A DNA stretch of 64,000 nucleotides from Octopus vulgaris (lineage: Eukaryota). The stretch lies in the NCBI GenBank assembly GCA_951406725.2, contig OX597814.1:188976001-189040000 (forward strand). Reading direction: 5' to 3'. The notes beneath the pieces were generated by a model that was not told where the DNA came from, did no database searches, and saw only the letters and a list, made by a program, of their open reading frames with translations. The position numbers were made by a program, and so were the translations under genes. This document shows, piece by piece, positions 26,554-40,251 of the stretch. How positions within the stretch are numbered: the stretch's first letter is position 1; every line of letters starts with the position of its first letter.

Positions 26554-27529
26554 TTATATATAAAAATTGCTTAGCAAAATATATAATGTTAGTCAGCCAT
26601 GTAGTATATATTTATCTGGAATTATATTACGTATTTTATATACGGAAATATATTATCATATATTTCATGTATTAATCATAAATTACATATTTAAATGAAA
26701 CGCAACGTACATTAGAATAGCTGTAACATATACAACACTGCATTTGAAAGTCCTCAGGTTTTAGAGAGCATTGAGTGGTGGAGATTGAAGTTACATGAAA
26801 ACACCACAACTCTTACAGCTCTGTTTCGGGATAATATTCCCGCATCAGAAACGACCTTCCACTTTTCTTCGGCTACTCAATGAACAATATATATTCATTA
26901 AACAAATATTTGCGATCTGGTTCTACGTCCCCCAAAAATAATCAATATCAAGTTGCACTTTAACACAAGAAAATATTATTGTTAGATTCTTTATGAACAC
27001 CCCTTCGTTGTGAGTTCCGAATAAAAACCAAACATTATTTTTGATTCCAAAAATAGTCATGCAATTTTGCGCAAACTGCAGCAAATCATATCTGTAATTT
27101 AAACGATTTGTGCGTGATTATGTGATATCTGTTTTTTATTTCCATAAAACATAGCAAAACAAAGAAAAAGAGGTGTTTTTTAGGTGAGAATTTTTTTTTG
27201 AAACATTACACACATGGTAGAACAATTTAATGCAGTTCATCTCATTCAAAATGCCATATTTTTCAATTGAATTTTGATCTATTATTATAGATCATTATTT
27301 ATCTTTCATTATTTCTGCTTATTTTGTAAATCAATGCGCTCTGTGATACGCTTTGCGTTATTTTTAATGGCAAATCAGGAAATGAATCGCAATATCAATA
27401 ACCCACTTCCAGGCACTGCGACATAAACATGACCACAGACCTGGTTCTGATGCTTGCAACATGCTGGGATGTCAGATTTAGGTATCCTGAAACACATAAT
27501 AAGATTATCAGAATTACGCGTATGCAATG

Positions 27530-28130
27530 AGGCGGCGAGCTGGCAGAATCGTTAGCACGCCGGGTGAAATGCTTAGCGGTATTTCGTCTGCCGTTACGTT
27601 GTGAGTTCAAATTCCGCCGAGGTCGACATTGCCTTTCATCCTTTCGGGGTCGATTAAATAAGTACCAGTCACGCGATGGGGACGATATAAATGACTTAAT
27701 CCGTTTGTCTGACCTTGTTTGTCCTCTCTGTGTTTAGCCCCTTGTGTGTAGTAAAGAAATAGGTATTTCGTCTGCCGTTACGTTCTGAGTTCAAATTCCG
27801 CCGAGGTCGACTTTGCCTTTCATCCTTTCGGGGTCGATTAAATAAGTAGCAGTTACGCACCGAGGTCGATGTAATAAACTTAATCCGTTTGTCTGTCCTT
27901 GTTTGTTCTCTCTGTGTTTAGCCCCTTGTGGGTAGTAAAGAAATAGGTATTTCGTCTGTCTTTACGTTGTGAGTTCAAATTCCGCCAAGGTCGACTTTGC
28001 CTTTCATCCTTTCGGGGTCGATTAAATAAGTACTAGTTACGCACTGGGGTCGATATAATCGACTTAATCCCTCTGTCTGTCCTTGTTTGTCCCCTCTATT
28101 TTTAGCCCCTTGTGGGCAATAAAGAAATAA
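27530..28130 (+). mobile_element. SINE family A, tandem trimer
   Basis: Three units inside one TSD GAATTACGCkTATGCAATG (27511 and 28131). Confidence 0.92.
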
Positions 28131-28612
28131 GAATTACGCTTATGCAATGTGAATATGTTTATTTGTTATTCATTGATCAGATGGTTCGTGCTCCCTCGAA
28201 TAATTGCTGCTGGTGCATTGTTGTAAATGAATCCTCTATTTTGAATGAACAACCACCTACAATTTATAATCTTTTAGTTGTCCATTCAAAATGCGTCTCG
28301 AAGCTTTCAATATATACAGGTATGAATATACATATACACACACACTTACACTCACACATATACGCACACACACGTATATACATTCATACGTACATCCATA
28401 CACATATGCATACACACACATGCATACATACATACATGTATGCATACATACATACATACATACATACATACATACATACATACATACATACATACATGTA
28501 ACGTGTATGTATGTTATGAATATAATATTGTACTCGACTGAAAACGAACATTATCAATTCGATGGCGAAGAAAAATTAATAACCTAGCGGCAATTGGAAG
28601 CCATTCTCAAAT

Positions 28613-28673
<61 letters not shown>

Positions 28674-29186
28674 TCAAGAAATTTGGAATTAATTTCACAA
28701 AAAAAAATATAATTTTTATGCTTAGGTGAAAATAATACTTAACTTCTTGAAAATTTCTTCCTCTTTTCTTAGTTGTATCTACCGTTTCTGGGTTTTTGAT
28801 ATATTCTCGCAATAAAGCGACGAAATTCAATACACTAATAATGTTCTTTTGCGCGTGTCATTCAGTTATTACATCACGAGTATGTTTTCATGATACAGAG
28901 ATAAATATGAGAATGTTGTACCGCCTAAATTTTGTTTTTGTTTTCATTATCTTTTATAATGTATAATTCTTTAATATAAGTTGTTGCGGTGATTCCTTGG
29001 TGGGGGAAAACCTTTAGAACAAAAGATGCGATAGGTCGATAGAATAAATGCCTTGACGTCATTCAGTTACGCTGTCTTATACTCTGCAATCTCATCCTAT
29101 CGAAATCAAGCCTATATTTCATTCGCTTCATACATTATAACCAACACTGGCGGCGTTAATCGCTTACATACACTTCTCTAGAATTT

Positions 29187-29379
29187 CGCTGTGTGGTAAG
29201 AGGTTTGATTCGCAACTACGTAGATCCGGGTTCAGTCGCACTGTGTCGTAACTCGGGTAGGTGTCTCCTACTATAACCTCGGGAAGACCCAAACCTTGTG
29301 AGTGGATTTGGTAGACGAAAACTGAAAGAAGCTCACCGTATATGTATGTATATATATAGATATATATATATATATATGT

Positions 29380-29434
<55 letters not shown>

Positions 29435-29658
29435 AGTGTGTGTATACGTTTGTGTGTCTGTGTTTGTCCCCCCAACATCTCTTGACAACCGATGCCGGTG
29501 TGTTTACGTCCCCGTAGCTTAGCGGTTCGGCAAAAGGGACCAATAGAATAAGTACTAGGCTTACAAAGAATAAGTCCTGGGGTCGATTTGCTCGACTAAG
29601 GGCGGTGGTCCAGCATGGCCACAGTCAAATGACTGAGACAAGTAAAAGAGTAAAGAGT
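29187..29658 (+). mobile_element. SINE family B
   Basis: Near full-length match; an older partial copy follows at ~29820-29990. Confidence 0.88.
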
Positions 29659-30335
29659 ATATGTGTGTGTGTATGTATGTATATATGTATGTATGTATGT
29701 ATGCATGTATGTATGTATGTATGTATGTATGTATGTATGTATGTATGTATGTATGTATGTATGTATGTATGTATGTATGTACGTATGCATGTATGTATTT
29801 ATGCGTGTGTAAGTGTTTGTACCCAATCGTCGTTTGACAACTGTTGCCAGTGTGTTCACGTCCCTATAATCTAGCGGTTCAGCAAAAAGTGACCGATAGG
29901 AAAAGTATGAGGTTTGAAAAATAAGTATTGGGTTCGATTCTCCAGCGCGGTATCCCAGCATAGTCGAAGTCTAATGACTGAAAAAAAGATAAACGTAATT
30001 GCTTACAAACAAATTATTTTTTTTCAAAGTAATCCAGATTTAGCATCCATAGCAGCCTCCACATATTAGCACTGTCCACACCCCGTTTTGGATACATTCA
30101 CATGGTTTGAATATTTTCTCTGTATGTATGTTTTAGATACAGGTTTGTTTAAAGTTAATAATATTGATTTTAGATTGACAGAAAGCCAGAAATTAATAGG
30201 GAGAGGAATGATGTAAAGAATTATTTCTGTTGAGTTGTTGATAGGAAACTTTGAAGCCGGAGGGAGTTAAACTTATAATATAAAGGAACAAAACTAAAAC
30301 ACCGTTAAGCATTTAGTCTTCTACTCAACTACTTC

Positions 30336-33300
30336 TGATAATAATAACCGTTTCTTTATTGGACACATGGGGCTACATAAAAAAAAAACATCGTTACAAT
30401 ACAAAAATATCGTAGATGAGTTTACATCCGTTTTATAGATTTACAACAAAAATGAGATAACATCTAAACTATGAAAAAATTTCAGTAGGAAGAAGATATC
30501 CGAAGTCAACCCGATGAAATCCCACAAAAAAGTACGGTGACCTGTCCACTTAGGCGATCGCCTTCCATGTCCAGTCTTCCTCCAGTACAAAAGAATATGA
30601 CCCGTTTACACGACCATGTTCGTCACTGTTTTGAATTCTCCAACGAATTCAACAGAAGACATTACTCTCTCGGCACTCAGTATTCTCTTTAAGTGAAACC
30701 CCAAAACAAAGAAGTATAGGCATCATCACGGTTATTGTACAACCGCAGATCTGGATGAAACCAGATCACAAGCGATTTAACTTACCCGTCCAGTACTCTA
30801 CAACTGAAAACCTACTGATTTTTCATGGTTAATTAACACACATGTCGCCATTTTGTATTCAGAAGCGTCGATCACCTCGATGCAATTAGTGTTCGACACT
30901 ATTACAGTGACTTCATCCGCATATGTCGACACAACTTTTCCACGCCCTAATTCACGCGGGGTACCCCTTAATGAATCCAGTTTCCGCAGTAGTGGCTAAG
31001 CGGTCAATCCACACAGAAAGCACGAAATTGGACAACAATTGTCAACTAAGTGCATGATACTGATCAGTAGCCATTACTCTGACCACTCAATGGTTTACAT
31101 TGTAGCAATGAAGCTACTGAATATGGATGAAAGTCATTGCTTCGAGGACAGCTGCCAAGCACAGATGCTTGACCCTACAGGCATCTTTTGATTCATCAGG
31201 AATGTTTTGGTGCTAAGTTCATTACTTACTTTCTCTATGATCTATCGAAAGTAGTGGAATTTGTCATGGATCGATCAGTTTGGGATGGTACATGTCTGCG
31301 CGTCTCCAATCAGGCCACCTTGGCTTAAATTGTTAACTTAATTGTTGAACTTCGCATTTGACAAAATTATGGGTCAAAATTATCAATGAGGTTCCCACTT
31401 GTTTGGGTCCTCAGCGTGTCCACCACTCCTCGGCCAATTGAACTGAGAATTCTCCCATTTTGTTGTCTGTTGTAGTAAACATCCGCTAAAATACCATTGA
31501 ATAAATACGGCATAGCTCATAAAGCTCATAGAGAAGACGAGCCAGACCAGGCGATATTTTCCTTTATTTAAACTGACATGGCTTCCATTAGCTTATTGGC
31601 GGCACACTGTCGATATAGGCACTGATGTCTACCATGCCAATCGTTCCCCACTCATCATCACGAACACGAATGCAAATGCTGCTGACAGGATACCCACATT
31701 TTCAAAGTAATTAAGTATACCTTGGCCATTTCGATCCACCAAACACGGAACTACTTTTTGTAAGCACATTGCACCGGGCAAACCGAAAAACTTTCGTAGC
31801 TTCGTGTCACTGAGCACGCACCTGAGCTCTGATATGGCAATCTTCGTTCTTTTTCTGCATATACATCAATTGCGATAATTTTCTCAAGTACCTCTTTTAG
31901 ATTTCTAACGACGCATCCCTCTAATATAATTTTCTCTATCGCTCCATGTTGAATGAGCCCTATCAACTCTTTTCCAATTGCTTATTTGAGGGTGAACCAC
32001 CATCTATTTATGACGATTGCTCTCCTCATCGCCCGTTCAACTCATTCGCTAATCTGGTTTCTGTAGATTGGACGAACTGGGAAAGACTCATTCAGCTCTT
32101 AGAAAACGGCGATGGGCCTGTGATGTCTATATAGATCGATCATATAGATCACAAAGTTGTGGTCTTTGTACTTGTACACTTTAGACTGTGGAAATCTATG
32201 CTATTCGTATTTACTAGTCTACAGAATACTCTAGATACTCTATCTAGATAGGAACTGGATGATCCGATGTGATTTGTTCATGTCCCCATTAACATATCGC
32301 TGGTATCCAGTTGGTACCTGTCATATCGTAAAAAATGTCTGATAAGTTTTTCAGGCTTTTGTACCACATCCTCTATCGACTAGCTCCATACTGTGCCTGC
32401 ATGCATGCAGAATGCCATTCTAATCATCCAAAATCATTAAAGTACGAAATGATTCTCAGAAATACCTCTCGACGTCCGAAGATATCTGGCACCTACCGAG
32501 GCATAGACATCAACTAGTTTGAAGGCATGGCCTACGTCCAACTTCATAGAGGTTTCATCAGGTTCCAGGAAAATAGCACGGACCAAAAGATCCAGTCCCT
32601 TCGAAGCAACACTGCTACTCAGACATCCATTCCTGGCGGACTTGTGTGTACATAAAACTCGTAACTGCCGAAGAAGTTTCCTCCGGGAAACTGAGCGCCA
32701 ATGGGAATCAACTGGCTGTTTTTTTCCAGAGGATTCTCCAGAGGGGCCAATGGATAATTTGCAGGAATCCCATGTGTGATAGTGTTATCGTGGGATTTTA
32801 TCGGTTAAAGATAAATCTACAGGAATCGTGGTGTCGTCAGCTGCACCTGCCTGAGATGGATGCAGAGCTGGAAAACTATTCTGTACGCTCTCGGGTAGTG
32901 CTTGACAATTGCCAATATATGGAAGTATGTTCAACGTTTGCTATCATGTACTGGACCAATCCGGCTAGCAGCTAACTCCTTCGCGAAAATCACCCTGCTG
33001 CCTTTCTTTGACAGGGAAAGACAAACAATTTTCTTCTGTCTTGTCTATATGGAGAAAGAAATCGGGTGGTGAGCTCTACTTAAAGGACTGAACGACAGAA
33101 CGTTTTTGTCGGCCAAGCACGCGTTGATTCTTTCACGTTCCAATTGGAAAAGAAATTGAGTATGCAGAGGGCGATGCTGCACCTAATAGTTTATTTCCTT
33201 TTTTTTTTAATGTGTGAATGTAGCGAGAATAGCCTGAGCGAATGGACCTTCTCTAAGTATTCATCTGTAAACTGAAAAGGACGGAACACAAAGCAACATA
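30336..33300 (-). mobile_element. Degenerate L1/Tx1-like LINE (APE endonuclease plus RT)
   Basis: Remnant motifs KLDVGHAFKLVDVYA, WT-x-NHIGSSSSYLDRV and YADEVT; 3' AATAAA plus a (TTA)n tail. The 5' boundary is approximate. Confidence 0.75.
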
Positions 33301-33512
33301 CCATGGCATTCCTGGTGTGTATGGTGAACCAGGATGTGGAATTCTTTGGACGCGCTGGTGTGGCGTTTTTCCTATTGGGGAATTCTGTTGGAGTCTCCTT
33401 GTTCATTCTTATTAACTTAAATTGTTTACACGTGTACTTTATTTAATACCCAGTATCCTTGGTCTTTTCTTATCCAAAAGGCATTTTTGTGGCCCTTATG
33501 GACACTAAAAAT

Positions 33513-33547
<35 letters not shown>

Positions 33548-33719
33548 GTTATTATTATTATTATTATTATTCAGTAGTTTTATTTTTATATCGTGCTTTC
33601 ACTTCACTACCGAGCGCAGCTCTGTGTGCCCTGGGTACGTGCTGTGATTTGTTGTGATGCTCTGATGGTTATTGTATTGAAAGTGTTGTTGTTGTTGTTG
33701 TTATTATCATTATTATTCT

Positions 33720-34187
33720 ATGTTTGACTTTTGCTTTATGTCTGTATAAGTTGGCTCCAAGTCTCACCCAGAGACCTCAAGAGACAACAGGTTGGAAGTT
33801 CACGTTGTTGTTATGCCTAGTGTGCCATATATTTGGGGTTTTTTTGGTGTTGTATTAGTGAATGTCTAATACATACATTTTTAAAAAATAAATAAAGAAA
33901 AAGTTTGTTTTAAACCTTGGGATTACATAGAGAGTATTTTGCGTAGGATATGAGCAGTTCCCATGAGCACTATCTTTTGAATTTCTGCCATTTTGGGGTT
34001 TCCTGGTGTCTGAGTTAGGTAGCAATCAGCCCCTTTCGCTATCATTCCCAGGCCACCTATGACAACAGGTATTGTTTTAATCTTCAGGTTCCACATTTGC
34101 TGATTTCTATTTCAAGATCTTTATATTTGCTCAGTTTTTGGTAGGTCTTGACAGATACGTTTATATCGATTGGGACAGTCATATCAT
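33720..34187 (-). mobile_element. R4/Dong-type LINE 3' fragment, second family
   Basis: DMTVPIDINVSVKTYQKLSKYKDLEIEI...MAEIQKIVLMGTAHILRKILSM*; sits in (TTA)n. Confidence 0.85.
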
Positions 34188-34210
34188 GCTTTGTGCCGAG
34201 AGTAGAAAGG

Positions 34211-34258
<48 letters not shown>

Positions 34259-34814
34259 GAGTGAGAGAGCAGTGCATGCCATCAAAGTGTCACTGGGGTA
34301 AAACATACAAAGCCCAGTATACCCATCATGACTACCCGTCTGATAAGGTTACACCAGGCACATGCATCACAACCATATGTGCGCGACATGGTGATCTCAT
34401 ATCAAGATAAGCAGCACATGACCTTGCAGGTGGGGCCCAGTTAGAATTTTCTTCAGGTCGAGTAGCCCATCCTGCTCAAAAGGTCCCTGAATAAGGGTTG
34501 TTCAAGGATGTTGAACGAAATACCCATGTTTCCAGAGGTGAATTATTCAAACTCCAAAGAATCCCTCTCCACATATGGCTATGATGCTCCCCCACTACTT
34601 CTGCTCATGATCAGAGATGCACGTATTGTCAGCTACTAAGGGACATGGTCAACTGGTTAAGGTCAAACAACTGACAAGCAAATCTGTGGTATTGAGCAGT
34701 ATATTTGCTGTAGCCCATCTTTTATACCAAGACAAAACAATGTACATGATAACACTTCCAATCAGTTAAGATCAGGAGCCATGAGAGCCACTGCCTGGTA
34801 CTGCATCAGGGCAT
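34259..34814 (-). mobile_element. Non-coding (TAA)n-associated repeat, probably Dong-mobilised or Dong UTR-derived
   Basis: Flanked by (TTA)n; reverse-complement pieces at 5105-5330 and 5595-5670. Strand is inferred from the neighbouring Dong fragments. Confidence 0.6.
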
Positions 34815-34817
34815 TTA

Positions 34818-34855
<38 letters not shown>

Positions 34856-34857
34856 TT

Positions 34858-35420
34858 CTTCTTTCTTCAATGTTTTCTTCCGTTTCTCGCCGGGTGTTTT
34901 CCGTAGACCTAGGGCAGAGAAGCTCATTGTACGCATTCCCAGATTGCACACGCAAATTCACAGGTAAAAGATGTATTAAAAATAATTAATAAATAAATAA
35001 ATTCGTGAATGGATGTTGTTTTCACAGCGATAATGCTCTTCTCAGTACATGAGTCGTTCCAGTTAACACGATTTTTTGCACTTCCTGTAGGGATAGTAAG
35101 CCTGGTATCATTTTCAAATAGGTTTCAGTATCATTCCTAGAGATCCTACAATTACTGGTACTGTTATCGCCTTGAGATACCACATTTTTTCAATTTCTAT
35201 TAGCAAGTCTTTATATTTACTAATCTTGTCAAATACTTTCGCCGCTATATTGTGATCGCAAGGAATACTCATGTCAATTAATAAACATACCTTTTTTATC
35301 TGATATTTTATAATAATATCCGGTTTATTAGATTTTACAGTCTTGTCGGTATGTACGGGGATGTCCCAGAGAATCGACACATTTTCTCCCTCAGTCACAG
35401 CTTCAGGAAGGTGTTTATAC
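34858..35420 (-). mobile_element. R4/Dong-type LINE 3' end with restriction-like endonuclease
   Basis: ILWDIPVHTDKTVKSNKPDIII...CLLIDMSIPCD...KISKYKDL...VPVIVGSLG (PD...D RLE motif); (TTA)n on both sides. Confidence 0.9.
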
Positions 35421-35484
<64 letters not shown>

Positions 35485-35539
35485 GTTGTTGTTGTTGTTA
35501 TTATCATCATCATCATCATCATCATTATTATTATTATTA

Positions 35540-35751
35540 AGGCGGTGAGCTGGCAGAGTTGTTAGCACGCTTGACGGAATGCTTAGTGGTATTTCGCCCG
35601 TCGCTACATTCTCAGTTCAAATTCCGCGAAGGTCGTTTTTGCCTTTCAACCTTTCGAGGTCGATAAATTAAGTACCTGTGAGACACTGGAGTCGATGTAT
35701 CTGACTAGTCCTCTCCCGCAAAATTTCAGGCTTTGTGCATAGAGTAGAAAG
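35540..35751 (+). mobile_element. SINE family A variant inserted in (TTA)n
   Basis: Same head and central domain with a different tail. Older relatives lie at ~20430-20515, 22250-22430, 36450-36910, 40808-41000, 47925-48010 and 56971-57150. Confidence 0.8.
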
Positions 35752-35800
<49 letters not shown>

Positions 35801-37608
35801 GTAGTAGTAGTAGTAGTAGTAGTACTGGTGGTAATTAATGATAGTAGTTGTTGTTGCGTTAGCGATTTTTGTGATTATAGTGGTGGTTTTGCTTTGTTGG
35901 TTTTTGGCAGGGAGGATTTAAAAGACAAAATTAAGTATTTTATTTACCATTAAACTACAGAGAAAAACATAAATACAACTTCGTGATGCTGATTATGATG
36001 TTAACGATGATGATGGTAATAATATTTCTAATTAGACTGGTGGCAAGAATTATTTTGAATATGTCCAATATTGTGAATTTTAAAGAAGGTGAAAATGATT
36101 ACAATGCCCGCAATAATTATGATAATGACGAGAAGGAAAAGCTGAAAGAAATATATAATGATGATAAATATAGCGATCATCATTATCGTCACCATCATGA
36201 TTTCTCACTTTGGCGTACATCCAAGTATGTGAATGTATGATTTGTAATTGACTGAAGAAATTGGTACTAATTTCGTTTTGATAACGAGTAATTTATTTAA
36301 TATATCCGGCGGAATTGACAGGCGATCTCGCGTTCGACATGATTTTTACACGGAACATAGCTGAGACGGAACAAAATTCTGCAAACCCGGCACTATCGTT
36401 TTTTTCCCCTGTTTTTCTTTTCGTATCTTTTCCTACCTGTAATAATTATGATAATACTTTCAACTATAGGCACAAAACCTGAAATTTGGGGACGACGAGG
36501 TGTCTAGTCAATTGCATGCACCTCAGTACCCGATTAGTACTTATTTTATCGATTCCGAATGGGTGGAAGTTATGATAGACCTTGATGGAATTTGAACTGA
36601 GATCATAAAGCCGGAAGAAATATCACTTAGCATCTAACAATTCTGCGAGTTCTCCGCCCTTTATAATGATAATAAATGGGCGGGAGGGTGTTAGTTAATG
36701 TTATCGATTCCAGTTACGGCGGCGAACCGGCAGAATCGTGAGCACGCCTGACAAGATGCCTAGCGGCATTTGGTACGTCGTTACTTTGATTTAAAATCCT
36801 CCGAGGTCGACTTTGCATTTCATCTTTAAGGTGTCGATAAAATGAGTACCAGTAATCGACTTTGTTCCTCCCCCATAATAACTGGCCTTGTGCCACAATT
36901 TCAAACCAATATTATCGACTCCAGTATTTGACTACTATATTTTATCGAATCAGAAAGGATGATAGCAAAATTAATCCCGGCTGAGGTTGAACTCAGAACG
37001 CCAATAGTCAGAGCAAATGCAATTATGTATGGTTTCGAAAGTAGAATGTAAAATCTAGGAGGACGAAAAGTGCTCTAGTCCATTGACTAGTCCATTCACC
37101 TTTCTAGTATATGAGCCGTATTTATTCTAGTGACCCTGAATTCAGCGTGAAATTAGATGGAATTTGAACTCTAAACATAAAATACTTTAACGAAATACAG
37201 CGCGGCATTTTGTACTTTTTCTTCTCTGCCATTTCTGTTATCTACAGCTCTTATGATACTCAAAGTAATTATTTACGTTTGCGTATGGCTAAACATTTAC
37301 ACGGAGCTTATATACTACTAATGTAAAGCTCTGTCGATTAAGTATAGATACGAGATTAAGTATGATGTTGAAGCAAACAGCAACGCAAATAAAAAGCAAA
37401 CTATTAAACTATAATATTGAAAAGTAGCGTCATACACGCAACGTAGGCGTGTTAAACCTGTTTGAGTCAACGCTAGAACCCATTCTTAATATGATCATAT
37501 AAGTGTTACTTTTGAACGTAGGAAAATAAGGAATAAAAACAATACCAGATCTCAAGCAATGGTGAGGAACAAGCTCAAAGATATACACACATATATACAT
37601 ACAAGAAT

Positions 37609-37641
<33 letters not shown>

Positions 37642-37734
37642 TATATATAATTATAATTAATTGAGGGAATATTATTCCTAACTTACAAGGGAAAATTCAA
37701 TTTAAAAATACTAAATCAAATTTCACAAAATATA

Positions 37735-37768
<34 letters not shown>

Positions 37769-37779
<11 letters not shown>

Positions 37780-38435
37780 TAGGAAAAAAACACCTTTTAT
37801 CAATTCAAAATGAACAATTAAATTACAGCAACTAGAAAATTACACATAATAAAATATTAAAATTAAAATAACTATGATATACCGATGATTAAGTAAATTG
37901 CAAAAGAATAATTAAAAAACGTATATATTTGGTAGAACAACGACACGTGTTTCGTGGCTATATTTAAGAAATGATTATAGTAAAGAAATGAATAGTAGTA
38001 GTAAACTCACTTCGATATAAATATAGCCACTCATCAGGTTAAAAATAAACTAGAATAATAAAATAATTGAATTAATAAAAATACCTTAGAATATATATAT
38101 ATATGAGATACTAAATATACATTAAGTGAAAACTAAAAACAATACTTAAATTATTCAATACTTTAAAATTAATTAATATACACAATGCCATGAATATTGT
38201 AATCAAACTCATTAAAATGATTTTACTATAATCATTTCTTAAATATAGCCACGAAACACGTCGTTATTCTACCGAATATATAAGTTTTTATTATTATTTT
38301 GCAATTTATTTAATCATCGGTATATTATTGTTATTTTAATTTTAATATATTATTATATGTAATTTTCTAGATGGTGTAATTTAGTTGTTCATTTTGAATT
38401 GATAAAAGGCGGATTTTTCTAATTTATATATATAT
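37769..38435. repeat. Inverted-repeat element, ~210-bp arms, between (TA)n tracts
   Basis: About 37770-37984 is the reverse complement of about 38222-38435; it carries the 37938 hammerhead. Confidence 0.9.
37938..38041 (-). ncRNA. Type I hammerhead ribozyme, intact core, 13-bp helix II
   Basis: UAAC-CUGAUGA-GUGGCUAUAUUUA...UAAAUAUAGCCAC-GAAAC-ACGU-GUC-GUUG; palindromic helix III ACACGUGU. Confidence 0.9.
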
Positions 38436-38799
38436 ATATACGTACATATATACATACAAATATTTCTTAATATGTATTTATATGTATATATCCGCCCAAA
38501 CAGTTCACCGAAGTTTGAACCAGTGTGGTCTTCATGGACTCATTCCTTGTAGGAAGCCTCTCTTCACTACCAGGCATAAATCAAGTCGTTTTTCTTTTGC
38601 CGAAACCTATGTAAGTAAGGGGAAGGAGCTTTGGAATGAAATACCAATAAGCGCATAAACAAAGCTCATATATTGAGTCTAAGTAATACAGGTAATATTT
38701 ATATTGTTAGTGTTGCTTATAACTGAAAATTATATATATATATATATGAAAATACAATTAAAGATAGAAAATGCTAAAATAATTTTATAAAGAACATTT

Positions 38800-38837
38800 C
38801 AGTACCGGTTTCGGTCATTTTGAGACCTTTTCAACTG
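38800..38837 (-). ncRNA. Minimal hammerhead ribozyme with U3-A8 covariant core
   Basis: CAG-UUGAAAA-GGUC(UCAAAAU)GACC-GAAAC-CG-GUA-CUG. Confidence 0.75.
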
Positions 38838-39124
38838 TAACGATTAAATAATTAAATTTAGAAAAATTAAAAGAAAAGTTTTTTTAAAGGAATATTTGTA
38901 TAGTGTTCAAATATGAGTGGCATTTTCCTTGTTTCTGCCTTTCTCTGTCTCTCTTGTTTGCACTTGTGTGTTCGAGGTCGTTGTGAATTCTTGGTAGGGT
39001 AGAAGAAGAAGAAGGATGATGAGGAGAAGGGGTGGAAAAATTTGGGAGTGCCTTGATTGTCGTATTTTCAATGGTCAGTTGCAGTTCAATTCAGGAGAAT
39101 ATTTCTATTGAAAGGTTTATTCCA

Positions 39125-39835
39125 TTATACCCTTACTCGTTTCAGTCATTTGACTACTGCCATGCTATAGCACCGTCTTGAAGGATTTTAGTCGAACAAA
39201 TGGACTCCATCAGGGTCTTTCGCCGAACGGCTGGGTTACGGGGACATAAACACACCAACACCAGTTCTCAAGCGGCGGTGGGGGGACAAACACAGACACA
39301 AAGACATCCTCGCTCCGACACACACACACATGTATATGACAGGCTTCTCTCGGTTCCGAACCCGGAACCATGTATTTGGGAGGCAAGCTTCTTAAACCTG
39401 TGCTTAAATAAATGAACATATACTCTTTTACTCTTTTACTTGTTTCAGTCATTTGACTGCGGCTATGCTAGAGCACCGCCTCTTTTGATCGAGCAACTCG
39501 ACCCCGGGACTTATTCTTTGTAAGCCCAGTACTTATTCTATCGGTCTCTTTTGCCGAACCGTTAAGTGACGGGGACGTAAACACACCAGCATCGGTTGTC
39601 AAGCAATGCTAGGGGAACAAACACAGACACACAAACACACACACATACATATATATATATACACATATATACGACAGGCTTCTTTCAGTTTGCGTCTACC
39701 AAATCCACTCACAAGGCATTGGTCAGCCCGGGGCTATAGCAGAAGACACTTGCCCAAGATGCCACGCAGTAGGACTGAACCCGGAACCATGTGGTTGGTT
39801 AGCAAGCTACTTACCACACAGCCACTCCTGCGCCT
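39125..39835 (-). mobile_element. Two adjacent SINE family B copies (one deleted, one full-length)
   Basis: 39125-39400 is partial; 39422-39835 is complete. Confidence 0.88.
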
Positions 39836-40251
39836 ATATATATTTGTATTCTATACAATCTGCTATAGTTTGAAAAATGTGCGTACTTCATTTAGCAACC
39901 ATAAAATCACAGAAGAACTGGAAAGGCAGAGTCGATTAATTGAACATTGATCGTTTGACTGGTATATCATTTCATTAACCTTGTGAAATGAACTAAGAAC
40001 ATCGAAATGGCATAACATAAAATATCGCACATCGTTTTATCCCACGTTACTGTACAATTCATATCATAATGCTTTGTGACATAGGCAGAGGCCTTATATT
40101 TGGAGAACAGTTATAGACTCTGTCATCGAAATCAGTACATTTCTGGTACATAATTTATGAACCATGGTTGAGTTTAAAGGGTAAAACTCAAACTTATTTC
40201 ATTATGATAAAATGTATTATTGTGTTTTCGAATCTTTTCCTTTGCTAAATT

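Noticed and set aside
34760-34815. Possible HDV-like ribozyme at the end of the TAA-associated repeat
   Set aside because: I could not build P1 and P1.1 convincingly.
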